DNA of 64,000 nucleotides from a virus: IMG/VR virus record IMGVR_UViG_3300023184_000083, positions 13,725 to 77,724 of that record; one strand, 5' to 3'. Shown piece by piece: positions 63,999 to 64,000 of this stretch (position 1 is its first letter; each line of letters starts with the position of its first letter). The notes under the pieces were generated by a model. It saw only the letters and a program-made list of their open reading frames with translations, ran no database searches and was not told where the DNA came from. The position numbers and the translations under genes were made by a program.

Positions 63999-64000
63999 AC

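Noticed and set aside
1-64000. Stop-codon reassignment
   Set aside because: Conserved genes (capsid, nrdJ, thyX, ssb) are intact in code 11 and all three stops are used

Overview
64 kb of a large tailed dsDNA phage with an HK97-fold major capsid gene at 55720-57030. No integrase, portal or large terminase is visible. The host is probably a low-GC, likely aquatic actinomycete: two WhiB genes, an Rpf-type lysozyme, and actinobacterial-type LexA and IdeR boxes. Layout: lysis cassette (0.1-1.5 kb); regulators, phosphoesterase, proteasome-beta-like peptidase and replication-initiation genes (2-9 kb); a divergent early region (9-36 kb) of about 60 small genes; nucleotide and replication genes (SNF2 helicase, ThyX, SSB, primase-helicase, class II RNR); two rare-codon tRNAs; and a head-gene cluster (39.7-44.6 and 52.7-64 kb). 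Most striking observations: (1) Three otherwise unrelated large proteins share a tag, ExK-[GS][LI]G...RFDPxAxDxDGDxxxQ[ED]xxxF[EQ]RP...GL[RKA]S, placed in front of different enzymatic modules (zincin peptidases, an ADP-ribosyltransferase-like domain, a zeta-toxin-like kinase); this is a candidate virion-addressed effector polyprotein system. (2) About 27 copies of one sigmaA-type promoter with an invariant spacer, mostly driving leaderless single-gene cassettes. (3) A strand-polar intergenic repeat (CCGCCACCGT, 10 copies, all on +) heading small islands that hold host-factor sites (perfect parS, DnaA, LexA, IdeR-like boxes). (4) A promoter-to-terminator ~208-nt structured RNA candidate. All family assignments come from motif recognition by eye; no database searches were run.
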